Shown: positions 56,277 to 64,000 of the stretch, in pieces | How the letters are laid out: every line of letters begins with the position of its first letter | Position numbering within the stretch: position 1 is the first letter of the stretch | From: Puniceicoccaceae bacterium | GTDB taxonomy: Bacteria > Verrucomicrobiota > Verrucomicrobiia > Opitutales > Oceanipulchritudinaceae | Assembly (NCBI GenBank): GCA_040830765.1 | Contig: JBFOMH010000005.1 | Span: 192,001 to 256,000, forward strand | Direction of reading: 5' to 3' | Length of the DNA: 64,000 nucleotides | Translations under genes and position numbers: made by a program | Notes under the pieces: generated by a model | What the model saw: the letters and a program-made list of their open reading frames with translations, nothing else | Told to the model about the DNA's origin: nothing | The model's database searches: none

Positions 56277-56720
56277 ATGCAAAAGGATGTCCTCAACGTT
56301 TCCATCAAGGGAGTCATGCCCACATCAAACGGCTGCGCCCTCTTCCTCGGACCGGAGGACAAGACCTTCATCATCTACGTCGACTCCCAGATCGGGAATA
56401 CCATCTCCATGATTATCAACAATGTGGAGCGGGAGCGACCCATTACCCACGACCTTATCAGCAACATTTTCATCGGTCTTGGAGTCAGTCTGCAGCGAAT
56501 CATCATCAATGATGTCAAGGACCGGACCTTCTATGCCCGCATGATTCTCAAGATGGAGAACGAGATTGAGTCCAAAATCTGTGAGATTGATTCCCGGCCC
56601 AGTGATGCCATCGCCCTGGCCCTGCATGACGATCGGCCCATTTTTGTCTCCCGGAAGGTTCTTGATGCGGAGGAAGACATGACCGAGCTGCTGGAACGCA
56701 TCCTCAAGGAGCAGGGCTAA
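56277..56720 (+). CDS. Bifunctional nuclease family protein (DUF151)
   Basis: RPITHDL, TFYARM, IDSRPSDAIALAL. Confidence 0.9.
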   Translation: MQKDVLNVSIKGVMPTSNGCALFLGPEDKTFIIYVDSQIGNTISMIINNVERERPITHDLISNIFIGLGVSLQRIIINDVKDRTFYARMILKMENEIESKICEIDSRPSDAIALALHDDRPIFVSRKVLDAEEDMTELLERILKEQG

Positions 56721-56723
56721 TTG

Positions 56724-57773
56724 ATGGAGCATCCCCTGCCGCTACCGGAGCCCATCGAAACGGGCAGCCTGCCCACTGCCTTGGCCCCGATGCAGGATGT
56801 GACCGACCTCCCATTCATGCGCTTGCTCGGCAAGTACGGGCCTCCGGATTACTTCTTCACGGAATATTTCCGGGTTCATGACCATTCAACGTTGGAAAAA
56901 CACATTGTCGATTCCATCGAGCTGCATGGAACCGGCCGTCCGGTCTTTGCCCAGATGATTGGGGAGGATCTGCACCATCTGCGGCGAACCGCCCTATTGC
57001 TGCAGGAATATCCGGTTGCGGGGATTGACCTCAACATGGGCTGCCCGGCCCCCAAGGTCTATCGAAAGAATGTTGGCGGTGGCCTGCTTCGGGAACCCGC
57101 TAAGATCGAACAAATCTTTGCCACCTTGCGGGAGTGTTGCCAGGGCCGCTTCACCGTCAAGACCCGCATCGGATTCGAGGATGACCGCCACTTCAAGACC
57201 CTCCTCGACCTGGTCAACAAGTACGAAATCGATACCCTCAGCATCCATGGACGCACGGTGAAGCAAATGTACCGTGGCGGGGTCGATTATGACCGCATCC
57301 GCCTCGCCTCCGAAACCGTCAACTGCCCGGTCTTTGCCAACGGGAATATCACCTCCGCCGCCAAGGCCATTGAGGTGAAGCAACAGACCGGCTGCTTCGG
57401 GACCATGGTCGGCCGGTCGGCAATCCGCAATCCTTGGATTTTTCGCCAGATTCGAGAAGCGACTACCGGCCGGAGCCTGACACGACCCACCCTGGGAGAT
57501 GTCCGTCAATATGTTGACGACTTATGGGAATCAACCGACCGGCCCGGGATGGAAGACAGGGGACATCTCAACCGGATGAAGAAGTTCCTTAATTTTGTCG
57601 GTCAGGGAGTGGACCCGGAAGGAGCGTTCCTCCATGAAATGCGCCGGGCCCGCGAGGCAGAAACGTTCTTCGCTATCTGCGACAAGTACATGCTTGATGA
57701 CGGCAAGGGCGAGGAGCCCTTTAACAGCGAGCCTTTTGCGGGAGTCCTGGCCCGGCCCAACCACGAAGGCTGA
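56724..57773 (+). CDS. tRNA-dihydrouridine synthase family protein
   Basis: LAPMQDVTD, IDLNMGCP, VKTRIG, IHGRT, ANGNI, MVGRSAIRNPWIF. Confidence 0.92.
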   Translation: MEHPLPLPEPIETGSLPTALAPMQDVTDLPFMRLLGKYGPPDYFFTEYFRVHDHSTLEKHIVDSIELHGTGRPVFAQMIGEDLHHLRRTALLLQEYPVAGIDLNMGCPAPKVYRKNVGGGLLREPAKIEQIFATLRECCQGRFTVKTRIGFEDDRHFKTLLDLVNKYEIDTLSIHGRTVKQMYRGGVDYDRIRLASETVNCPVFANGNITSAAKAIEVKQQTGCFGTMVGRSAIRNPWIFRQIREATTGRSLTRPTLGDVRQYVDDLWESTDRPGMEDRGHLNRMKKFLNFVGQGVDPEGAFLHEMRRAREAETFFAICDKYMLDDGKGEEPFNSEPFAGVLARPNHEG

Positions 57774-57776
57774 TCA

Positions 57777-58490
57777 TCATTCAGGCGGATACTTGGCTCG
57801 GGTCCCGAAAAGGGCGGTGCCAACCCGGATGAGGGTACTTCCCTCCTCGACTGCCCATTCAAGGTCACCGGTCATTCCCATCGAAAGGACCTGCAACTTG
57901 AGCCCGCAGGCAATCTCCAAACGGTCCCGGAGTTCCCGCAGGCGACGGAAGGTTCCACGAACCACCGCCTCATCATCGCTGAATTCGCCAATTGTCATCA
58001 GGCCTTCCAGTTGCAGGTGTTCACTCTCCATGACTGCGGCAGCAAGGGCTTCCGCCTCCTCAACCGAGCAGCCACTCTTGGCCGGATCCTCCCCGACATT
58101 GGCCTGCAGGAGCACCGGGTAGCCTTCCTTCCCCATTTCTCCACAGAGTCGCTCGAGGATTCGGACCAGCTTTGGCCGGTCCACTGTCTGAATGCGGTCG
58201 AATGTCTCCAGGGCCAGGCGCGCCTTGTTGCTTTGCAAGGGCCCGATCAATTCCCAATACCCCGTCGTGCCCTGAACCTCCGGTCGCTTGCCGGCGGCTT
58301 CCTGGACCCGGTTCTCACCGATGGTCTGTAATCCCGCCTCCAATGCCCACTCCACCGCCTGAGGTGGATGTGTCTTCGTCACGGCCATTAATTCAACTTC
58401 TGAGGTCGCGCGATTGCTCCGATTACAAGCATCCTTAATACGACTGCGCAAATCATCCAGGCTGATGAGGAACTCTTGCTTGGTGTTCAT
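57777..58490 (-). CDS. yggS: PLP homeostasis protein (YggS family)
   Basis: LMAVTKT, GENRVQE, IGPLQSNK, LSMGMTGD, IRVGTALFG. Confidence 0.93.
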   Translation of the reverse strand: MNTKQEFLISLDDLRSRIKDACNRSNRATSEVELMAVTKTHPPQAVEWALEAGLQTIGENRVQEAAGKRPEVQGTTGYWELIGPLQSNKARLALETFDRIQTVDRPKLVRILERLCGEMGKEGYPVLLQANVGEDPAKSGCSVEEAEALAAAVMESEHLQLEGLMTIGEFSDDEAVVRGTFRRLRELRDRLEIACGLKLQVLSMGMTGDLEWAVEEGSTLIRVGTALFGTRAKYPPE

Positions 58491-58573
58491 TATTAAAAAG
58501 GAGCTGTAGAATTTTGTGTAATTAGAGAAATTAATATTTACAAAAGCAATTAGGGGGACTATCAGAAATATTT

Positions 58574-59509
58574 ATGCACATTGAAAATTTTAAAATATTT
58601 TCAGATCTGGTTGAAAGTCAGTCCTTTTCGCGGGCTGCCAAGCTGAACGGCGTTACCCAGTCGGCCGTGAGCCAGCAATTAAGGGCAATGGAAAAACACT
58701 TTGCTGTCCTTATTGTTGACCGGAGTCAAAAACAATTCCGGCTTACCCTGGAAGGCCAGAAGCTCTACGACAGCGCCAAGGAAATCCTCCACCGCTACGA
58801 AAAGCTGGTTTCCGACCTGCAGGAGATGAAGAAGGTCATCAGTGGGACCATCCACATCTCGACCATCTACAGTATCGGCCTGCACGAGCTGCCTCCCTAT
58901 ATCACCAAGTTCCTCAAGGAATTCCCTTCGGTCAATGTCCGGGTCGAGTACCGGCGTTCCAATCTCGTCTACGAGGACATCCTTCACAACTCCGTGGACC
59001 TTGGCCTGATCGCCTTCCCGACAAAGATGCGCCAGCTGGAAGTCATCCCCTTCCTCGAGGATCAGCTGGTCGTCATCTGCAATGCCGACCATGCCCTGGC
59101 CAAAAAGAAGTCAGTTGAGATTTCCGACCTGGCCGGCGAAAAGTTCATTGGCTTTGACCAGGACATCCCGACCCGCAAGGCGACCGACCAGATGTTCCGG
59201 GACTGCAAAGTCGACATTGAGCCGGTGATGGAGTTCGACAACATCGAGACCGTCAAGCGCGCCGTGGAAATCAACGCTGGGATATCCATTGTTCCTTCCG
59301 CCACGGTAAAGCAGGAGATGAAGCAGGGACTGCTCAAATCCATCCCCATCAAGGGCTCGAATGTGACGCGTCCGCTGGCCATCATCCACCGCAAGGGACG
59401 GGTACTGACCCCGGCGATGAAGAAGTTCATTGCCAACCTGACTGGAAAACCCGTCAAGGAAGCGGTCGAAGCCCCGAAAAAGACCAAAAAGGCCAAGAAG
59501 GCTTCCTGA
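58574..59509 (+). CDS. LysR-family transcriptional regulator
   Basis: SFSRAAKLNGVTQSAVSQQLRAME HTH plus substrate-binding domain. Confidence 0.93.
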   Translation: MHIENFKIFSDLVESQSFSRAAKLNGVTQSAVSQQLRAMEKHFAVLIVDRSQKQFRLTLEGQKLYDSAKEILHRYEKLVSDLQEMKKVISGTIHISTIYSIGLHELPPYITKFLKEFPSVNVRVEYRRSNLVYEDILHNSVDLGLIAFPTKMRQLEVIPFLEDQLVVICNADHALAKKKSVEISDLAGEKFIGFDQDIPTRKATDQMFRDCKVDIEPVMEFDNIETVKRAVEINAGISIVPSATVKQEMKQGLLKSIPIKGSNVTRPLAIIHRKGRVLTPAMKKFIANLTGKPVKEAVEAPKKTKKAKKAS

Positions 59510-59567
59510 GGTTGGGCAGGACCGGTAATCTGATCCGTAAGTCGACAAACCGGGAACTTTCTCAAAG

Positions 59568-59605
59568 GAAAGGCCCTGTCCCGCAGATGCAGGACAAGGC
59601 CTTTC
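59568..59605. terminator. Hairpin between convergent lysR and HU genes
   Basis: GAAAGGCCCTGTCC..GGACAAGGCCTTTC inverted repeat. Confidence 0.6.
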
Positions 59606-59630
59606 AGGAAGATTTATGATCTCAGGCTGA

Positions 59631-59906
59631 TTAGATTTTGCCCTTGAGACCAGCACCGGCCTTGAACTTGACCGTCTTGCTGGCCTTAATCTGGATTTGC
59701 TGACCAGTCTGCGGATTGATACCCTTACGGGCAGCGCGCTTGGCAACAGAGAATGTGCCGAAGCCAATCAACTGGACAGCCTTGTCCTTCTTGAGGCCCT
59801 TTTCAATGCCATCGATAACAGCAGCAACCGCGCGTTCGGCGGCGGCCTTGGAGGTGTCGCCACCTAACGATTTTTGTACGGATTCTACCAACTCAGCTTT
59901 GTTCAT
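59631..59906 (-). CDS. hup: HU DNA-binding protein
   Basis: MNKAELV..VQLIGFGTFSV..ARKGINPQTG..VKFKAG. Confidence 0.95.
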   Translation of the reverse strand: MNKAELVESVQKSLGGDTSKAAAERAVAAVIDGIEKGLKKDKAVQLIGFGTFSVAKRAARKGINPQTGQQIQIKASKTVKFKAGAGLKGKI

Positions 59907-60163
59907 ATATAGGTTCCTTTTATTTTATTTGTTACGTTCGGAGTGAACTAATTGATGCAATGATTGAAAGATTCCCCCGTCAACGGAATTTTTGCCGGAA
60001 ATTGAAGTTTTTCCGAAATGTCGATTGGAATGAGCCCTTTACTGGTGCGGAATGACGGCGGGTCATCTCCCGGATACCTTTGATAGAAAGGGATTAAGGC
60101 GAAAGCCCCGCTGTATTGGGTTTTTTAAAAGGGCTCAGAAAGATTCGGGCAGGCGGATTTCCG

Positions 60164-61045
60164 TCAGCTTGGGGGGAGTGATTTTACGTGAAACGGCGTA
60201 TCCCCGAAGGTCCATTGACCATCCTCGCAGCGACTCTTGAGCCAACCGATCCCGATGCATTTGTCAGTAAATTCCACTACACTTGTCGGAGCGCCGACAA
60301 CACTGTCCTCATGCATCCAATTGTCGGGCAGGGAATCGCGGTTTCCACGAGCCTCAAACTGGACCAGCCGACGGGTGACCCGCTCGAGCCGGTGGACCCG
60401 GGCCACCACCTCCTGTCCGAGGTAGCATCCCTTGTCGAATGAAAGGGCGCTGAGGATGTTGGCCTCCAATGGGTTAAGGGCTTTTTCGGAGCTATCGAGA
60501 GGTATCGAGGGGATTCCCTCCCTGAGGCGAATGGCCTCAGCTTCGGACTGGTCCAAGGAGTCAGCAGGCAGAGGAAAATCCATGCCGGAAGGCAGGAGAA
60601 ACTCCATCGATTCCATCCCGAGGCACCGTCCACGGTATCCCTTGACGGCATCCTTTTCCATATAGTGGCCGCTTTCAATCGGGCCCCAGCCAATCGACTG
60701 CAAGATGCCGTTTGGTTCTTCCGTGTGGAGGGCCAGAACGTCGAGTTCTCCGGTCAAATTTTCAATTTCAACATCATCGGCAATGATGTGCCGATCAAAC
60801 TTGGCCAGAAGCTGCTCCGTGGGAGTCTTGTAGCTGACCAGAAGCATGGAGTCCTCGCTGTCCTTGAAGACAAATCCATCCCCCTGGATTTGTCCACGGT
60901 GGTCCAACCAGAGGGAGTAGCGGCAGGTGCCCACCTTCCCGCGCAAATCGGCGGTACCCTGTCCCTGGAGGAAGTCAAAATGGTCCTCGCCGGTGAAGCG
61001 CAGGACAGCAGTGGGAGAAAATCGGTAAGCTTTCGCTGATGCCAT
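60164..61045 (-). CDS. ygfZ: YgfZ/GcvT-family folate-binding protein
   Basis: KGCYLGQE signature; FLQGQGTADL. Confidence 0.85.
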   Translation of the reverse strand: MASAKAYRFSPTAVLRFTGEDHFDFLQGQGTADLRGKVGTCRYSLWLDHRGQIQGDGFVFKDSEDSMLLVSYKTPTEQLLAKFDRHIIADDVEIENLTGELDVLALHTEEPNGILQSIGWGPIESGHYMEKDAVKGYRGRCLGMESMEFLLPSGMDFPLPADSLDQSEAEAIRLREGIPSIPLDSSEKALNPLEANILSALSFDKGCYLGQEVVARVHRLERVTRRLVQFEARGNRDSLPDNWMHEDSVVGAPTSVVEFTDKCIGIGWLKSRCEDGQWTFGDTPFHVKSLPPS

Positions 61046-61138
61046 ACGGAGAAGGAAACCCAAAGCGGGTGCCTTTCAAGAAGACATTGAGGAAAATTCG
61101 GCTTGCCGAGGCAACAGCCTGCCCCACCCTACAACGCC

Positions 61139-62215
61139 ATGGAGCACAAACCGCGTCAGGTCTCAGACGTCAACATTCTCGACAGTGCCGTCCTTCCGGC
61201 ACCGGAATACCTTTGCCGGGAACTGCCCCGGACTGAGGAAATGGCCACCTTCGTTGCCAGCGCCCGGGATACGATTCGCAATATCCTTTTCGGCGATGAT
61301 CCGCGGATGCTGGTCATTGTCGGGCCCTGTTCAATCCATGATCCGAAGGCCGGACTGGAATATGCCCGGCGCCTGGTGGAGTTGAAGCGCCAGTACCAGG
61401 ACCGGCTCTACATTGTCATGCGGGTCTATTTTGAAAAGCCGCGGACCACGGTCGGCTGGAAGGGGCTCATCATGGACCCGGACCTTGATGCCACTTGCGA
61501 CATCCCGCTCGGCCTGAAGAAGGCGCGCCAGTTCTTGCTTGATGTCCTTTCGTTGAACCTGGCCACAGCCACCGAGCTGCTCGATCCGATTACCCCGCAG
61601 TATATTTCCGACCTCATCTGCTGGTCCGCCATCGGCGCCCGGACAACGGAGTCCCAGACCCACCGCCAGATGGCCTCCGGTCTTTCCATGCCCCTGGGCT
61701 TCAAGAATGCCACCAGCGGGGATGTCCAGGTGGCCATTAATGCCATCCGTGCGGCCTCCCAACCCCAGACTTTCCTTGGCATCAGCCATCAGGGCCTGGC
61801 CTCCGCCCTGGCCACAAGAGGCAATCCCAATTGCCACCTCATCCTTCGAGGCGGTTCCGACGGCACCAATTACGATCCGGAATCCATAGCCAGCGCCGTT
61901 GCCAGCCTGCAGAAGCACAAGCTCCTGCCCTCCATCATGATCGATTGCAGCCACGCCAACAGCAGCAAGGATCCCTCCCGTCAACCGGAGGTCATGGCGG
62001 AAGTCCTTGAACAGGCCATCCAGCCGGATTCCCCAATCATGGGCATCATGCTGGAAAGCAACCTCGTCGAAGGGAACCAGTCTTTTCCAAGGCCGCTGGA
62101 GGATCTGGAGTACGGCAAGTCGATTACTGATGGCTGCATTGGATGGGAGACGACGGCCCAGGCCCTTGCCGCCGGCTACGAGAAGCTGGCCCCGCTGTTT
62201 CCGGAAAAGGCCTAG
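61139..62215 (+). CDS. DAHP synthase, class I-alpha (AroF/G/H type)
   Basis: GPCSIHD, RVYFEKPRTTVGWKG, IGARTTESQTHR, DCSHANS. Confidence 0.95.
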   Translation: MEHKPRQVSDVNILDSAVLPAPEYLCRELPRTEEMATFVASARDTIRNILFGDDPRMLVIVGPCSIHDPKAGLEYARRLVELKRQYQDRLYIVMRVYFEKPRTTVGWKGLIMDPDLDATCDIPLGLKKARQFLLDVLSLNLATATELLDPITPQYISDLICWSAIGARTTESQTHRQMASGLSMPLGFKNATSGDVQVAINAIRAASQPQTFLGISHQGLASALATRGNPNCHLILRGGSDGTNYDPESIASAVASLQKHKLLPSIMIDCSHANSSKDPSRQPEVMAEVLEQAIQPDSPIMGIMLESNLVEGNQSFPRPLEDLEYGKSITDGCIGWETTAQALAAGYEKLAPLFPEKA

Positions 62216-62742
62216 TTCTCGATTCCCTTGCGGGCCGGGACACCCTGGCTGAAGTAGTGCTTTACTTCCCTCATCTCGGTGACGAGATGGGCCCTGGCGA
62301 TGACCTCCTCATGCGCCTTGCGTCCGGTAAATACCAGCTCCACCTGCGGGGGGCGATTCTCCACTAATTCCAGCACCTCTTCCAGGGTAATCAACTCAAA
62401 CCACAGGGCCATGTTGATTTCATCAAGGATGACGATGCGGAACTTGCCAGACAAGAGGGCCTCCTTGGCCTTGAGCAGCCCTTCATGAGCGGCGGCCCGC
62501 TGGGCCTCGGTGACCTTGCCCTTGTAGACCCAGCCGGGATCCCCGTATTGCTCGTGGGTCACCGTCTCCAGCTTCGGGAGGGAATGCAGCTCCCCATAAT
62601 CCTGCCCCTTCATGAACTGGCCGATGTAGACCGGATAGCCCCGTCCTGCCGCCCGCAGGGCTAGCCCCAGGGAGGCGGTCGTCTTGCCCTTGCCGTCACC
62701 GGTGTAGATCTGGAAATACCCGTCCGCTTGCTCAGCTGTCAT
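62212..62742 (-). CDS. cobO: Cob(I)yrinic acid a,c-diamide adenosyltransferase
   Basis: YTGDGKGKTTASLG, QFMKG, ILDEIN, FTGR, RKGIE. Confidence 0.9.
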   Translation of the reverse strand: MTAEQADGYFQIYTGDGKGKTTASLGLALRAAGRGYPVYIGQFMKGQDYGELHSLPKLETVTHEQYGDPGWVYKGKVTEAQRAAAHEGLLKAKEALLSGKFRIVILDEINMALWFELITLEEVLELVENRPPQVELVFTGRKAHEEVIARAHLVTEMREVKHYFSQGVPARKGIEN

Positions 62743-62834
62743 TCCCCAAGAAATGCCCCACCGAGGGATTTCCGTCAAACGGGAAAAAAGAGTTGATTTC
62801 AGTCCCGTTCCATGCCCACATTACGCCCTTTGGA

Positions 62835-62927
62835 GGAGAGATGGCTGAGTGGCCGAAAGCGCCCGCCTGCTAAGTGGGTATACGGCTTAAAACCGTATCG
62901 AGGGTTCGAATCCCTCTCTCTCCGCCA
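62835..62927 (+). tRNA. tRNA-Ser (GCT)
   Basis: GGAGAGA acceptor stem, anticodon loop CT-GCT-AA, long variable arm, GGTTCGAATCC T-arm, G-CCA end. Confidence 0.96.
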
Positions 62928-63167
62928 CTCGACAAGTTCGCGGCAGGCCAAGCGAGAGCTTGGACTGACGCGAGCGCAGTCGGCCAATAGCTGCAAGGGG
63001 AAAGCCCAACGAGCTGTCGTTTTCCGTTTTCTCTTGTCCATTTTAATCCTGCCTTCCGATTCCTTCTGTTATGAGTGATTTCCCATGGACAGAATTGGGT
63101 AATGCCGATCTATCCTTTGGGATTCGGCAAAATTGATATTTTGCGATTCAGAATCCCTCAATTGATC

Positions 63168-64000
63168 ATGCATATCCCAAAAGTCCTTTTCCTTTCCATC
63201 TGTTTGTCCCTGGTTGCCAACCCGGCCATGAATGCCCAATCGCAAGATCGGCCATTCATCTGGATAACCCAGGAGGAACGGGCAGACCTGCTGGAGAAAA
63301 TCGAAAGCGAGGGATGGGCAGCCGCCCACTTTTCGCAGTTGAAAAACCGCGTCGATGGCAAAGTGAACACCCACGCCATTTCCCCAAGTCTCACCTTGAC
63401 CAAGATTCCGGAATTCGGAACCGACCCGAATCAGTACAACGACCGGGACGCGGTGTCACCTGCTTCAAACCACAAGAACGTCCTCGCCCCGGCTGCCGAG
63501 GCGGCAATGCTTTACTTTTTAACCGAGGAAGAAAAATACGGTCAGTATGCGGCGGACATCCTGGAAGCCTACTTTGACCACCTTGCCCAGTTGACGCCGG
63601 AAACCACGACTATCTGTGGGAATGACTTTTACGACCCACGGACGACCTACAATCACATCGCCCTTGCTTACGACTTTGCCTATAATTTCCTGACCGATCC
63701 CTCAACGACAGTTTATGACGAGGACACGGGAACACGCATTCCGTTCGACAATGCAAAGGCGCAGCAGGCGATGACCAATATCGTCGGAAATGCTCTTCAG
63801 GAATGGAGGGCAGACAATTATGGCAGAAATGTCTCCAACCACCCAATCCTTACTGCGCCAGGCGCGCTGTTTCCAATCCTTTGTATCGAGGACGAAACCG
63901 AAAGGGATCGTCTCCTGAATGTCTTCTGGGAAAAAGGGACCTGGCACCAAGCTTCCTTCACCAAGACGATCCTGCCGATGTTCACGGATCAAGGCCTCTG
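63168..64000 (+). CDS. Secreted alpha/alpha-toroid polysaccharide-lyase-like protein (3'-truncated; not in the ORF track)
   Basis: Frame read by hand from ATG 63168 to the window end: MHIPKVLFLSICLSLVANPAMNAQSQDRPFIWIT..AAMLYFLTEEEKYGQYAADIL..IALAYDF..SNHPIL. Confidence 0.6.
   Translation, partial: MHIPKVLFLSICLSLVANPAMNAQSQDRPFIWITQEERADLLEKIESEGWAAAHFSQLKNRVDGKVNTHAISPSLTLTKIPEFGTDPNQYNDRDAVSPASNHKNVLAPAAEAAMLYFLTEEEKYGQYAADILEAYFDHLAQLTPETTTICGNDFYDPRTTYNHIALAYDFAYNFLTDPSTTVYDEDTGTRIPFDNAKAQQAMTNIVGNALQEWRADNYGRNVSNHPILTAPGALFPILCIEDETERDRLLNVFWEKGTWHQASFTKTILPMFTDQGL

Noticed and set aside
62799..63078. Small ORFs overlapping the tRNA
   Set aside because: They are translations of tRNA-Ser and its flanks

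Overview
This is a GC-rich bacterial chromosome segment, most likely Verrucomicrobiota (Opitutales/Puniceicoccaceae-like). That assignment is inferred from the Opitutae-type TonB-receptor N-terminus, the LacI type and a Trp/Tyr-rich C-terminal domain. The window has three blocks. (1) 1-31.9 kb is a glycan-utilisation region with no SusD: a TonB-dependent receptor, two Na+/solute symporters, two heparinase II/III-like lyases, several unassigned hydrolase-like proteins, a LacI regulator, and an aminotransferase/amidohydrolase/aldolase/epimerase/isomerase set suggesting catabolism of an amino-sugar acid. (2) 32.1-44.2 kb, all on the minus strand, is the most notable part: an apparently complete, mosaic extracellular electron transfer (EET) conduit. 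It comprises a nonaheme NrfA/OcwA-like secreted cytochrome with an aromatic tail, a shortened octaheme MtrA/DmsE-like lipoprotein, an MtrB-sized beta-barrel, a monoheme cytochrome c and an ImcH-like 7-heme quinol dehydrogenase (25 heme motifs in total). Upstream lie a Cys-rich PocR-AraC regulator and System II (ResB/CcsA) cytochrome c maturation genes. (3) 44.3-64 kb is mostly housekeeping: recR, ybaB, metK-ahcY, a disrupted yjbQ, ffh, pckG, aroK, dus, yggS, lysR, HU, ygfZ, DAHP synthase, cobO, tRNA-Ser(GCT) and a truncated secreted lyase-like gene. Three REP-like hairpin families are scattered through the window, some inside coding sequence. No CRISPR array, rRNA or transposase was seen. All family assignments come from reading motifs by eye; no database searches were run.
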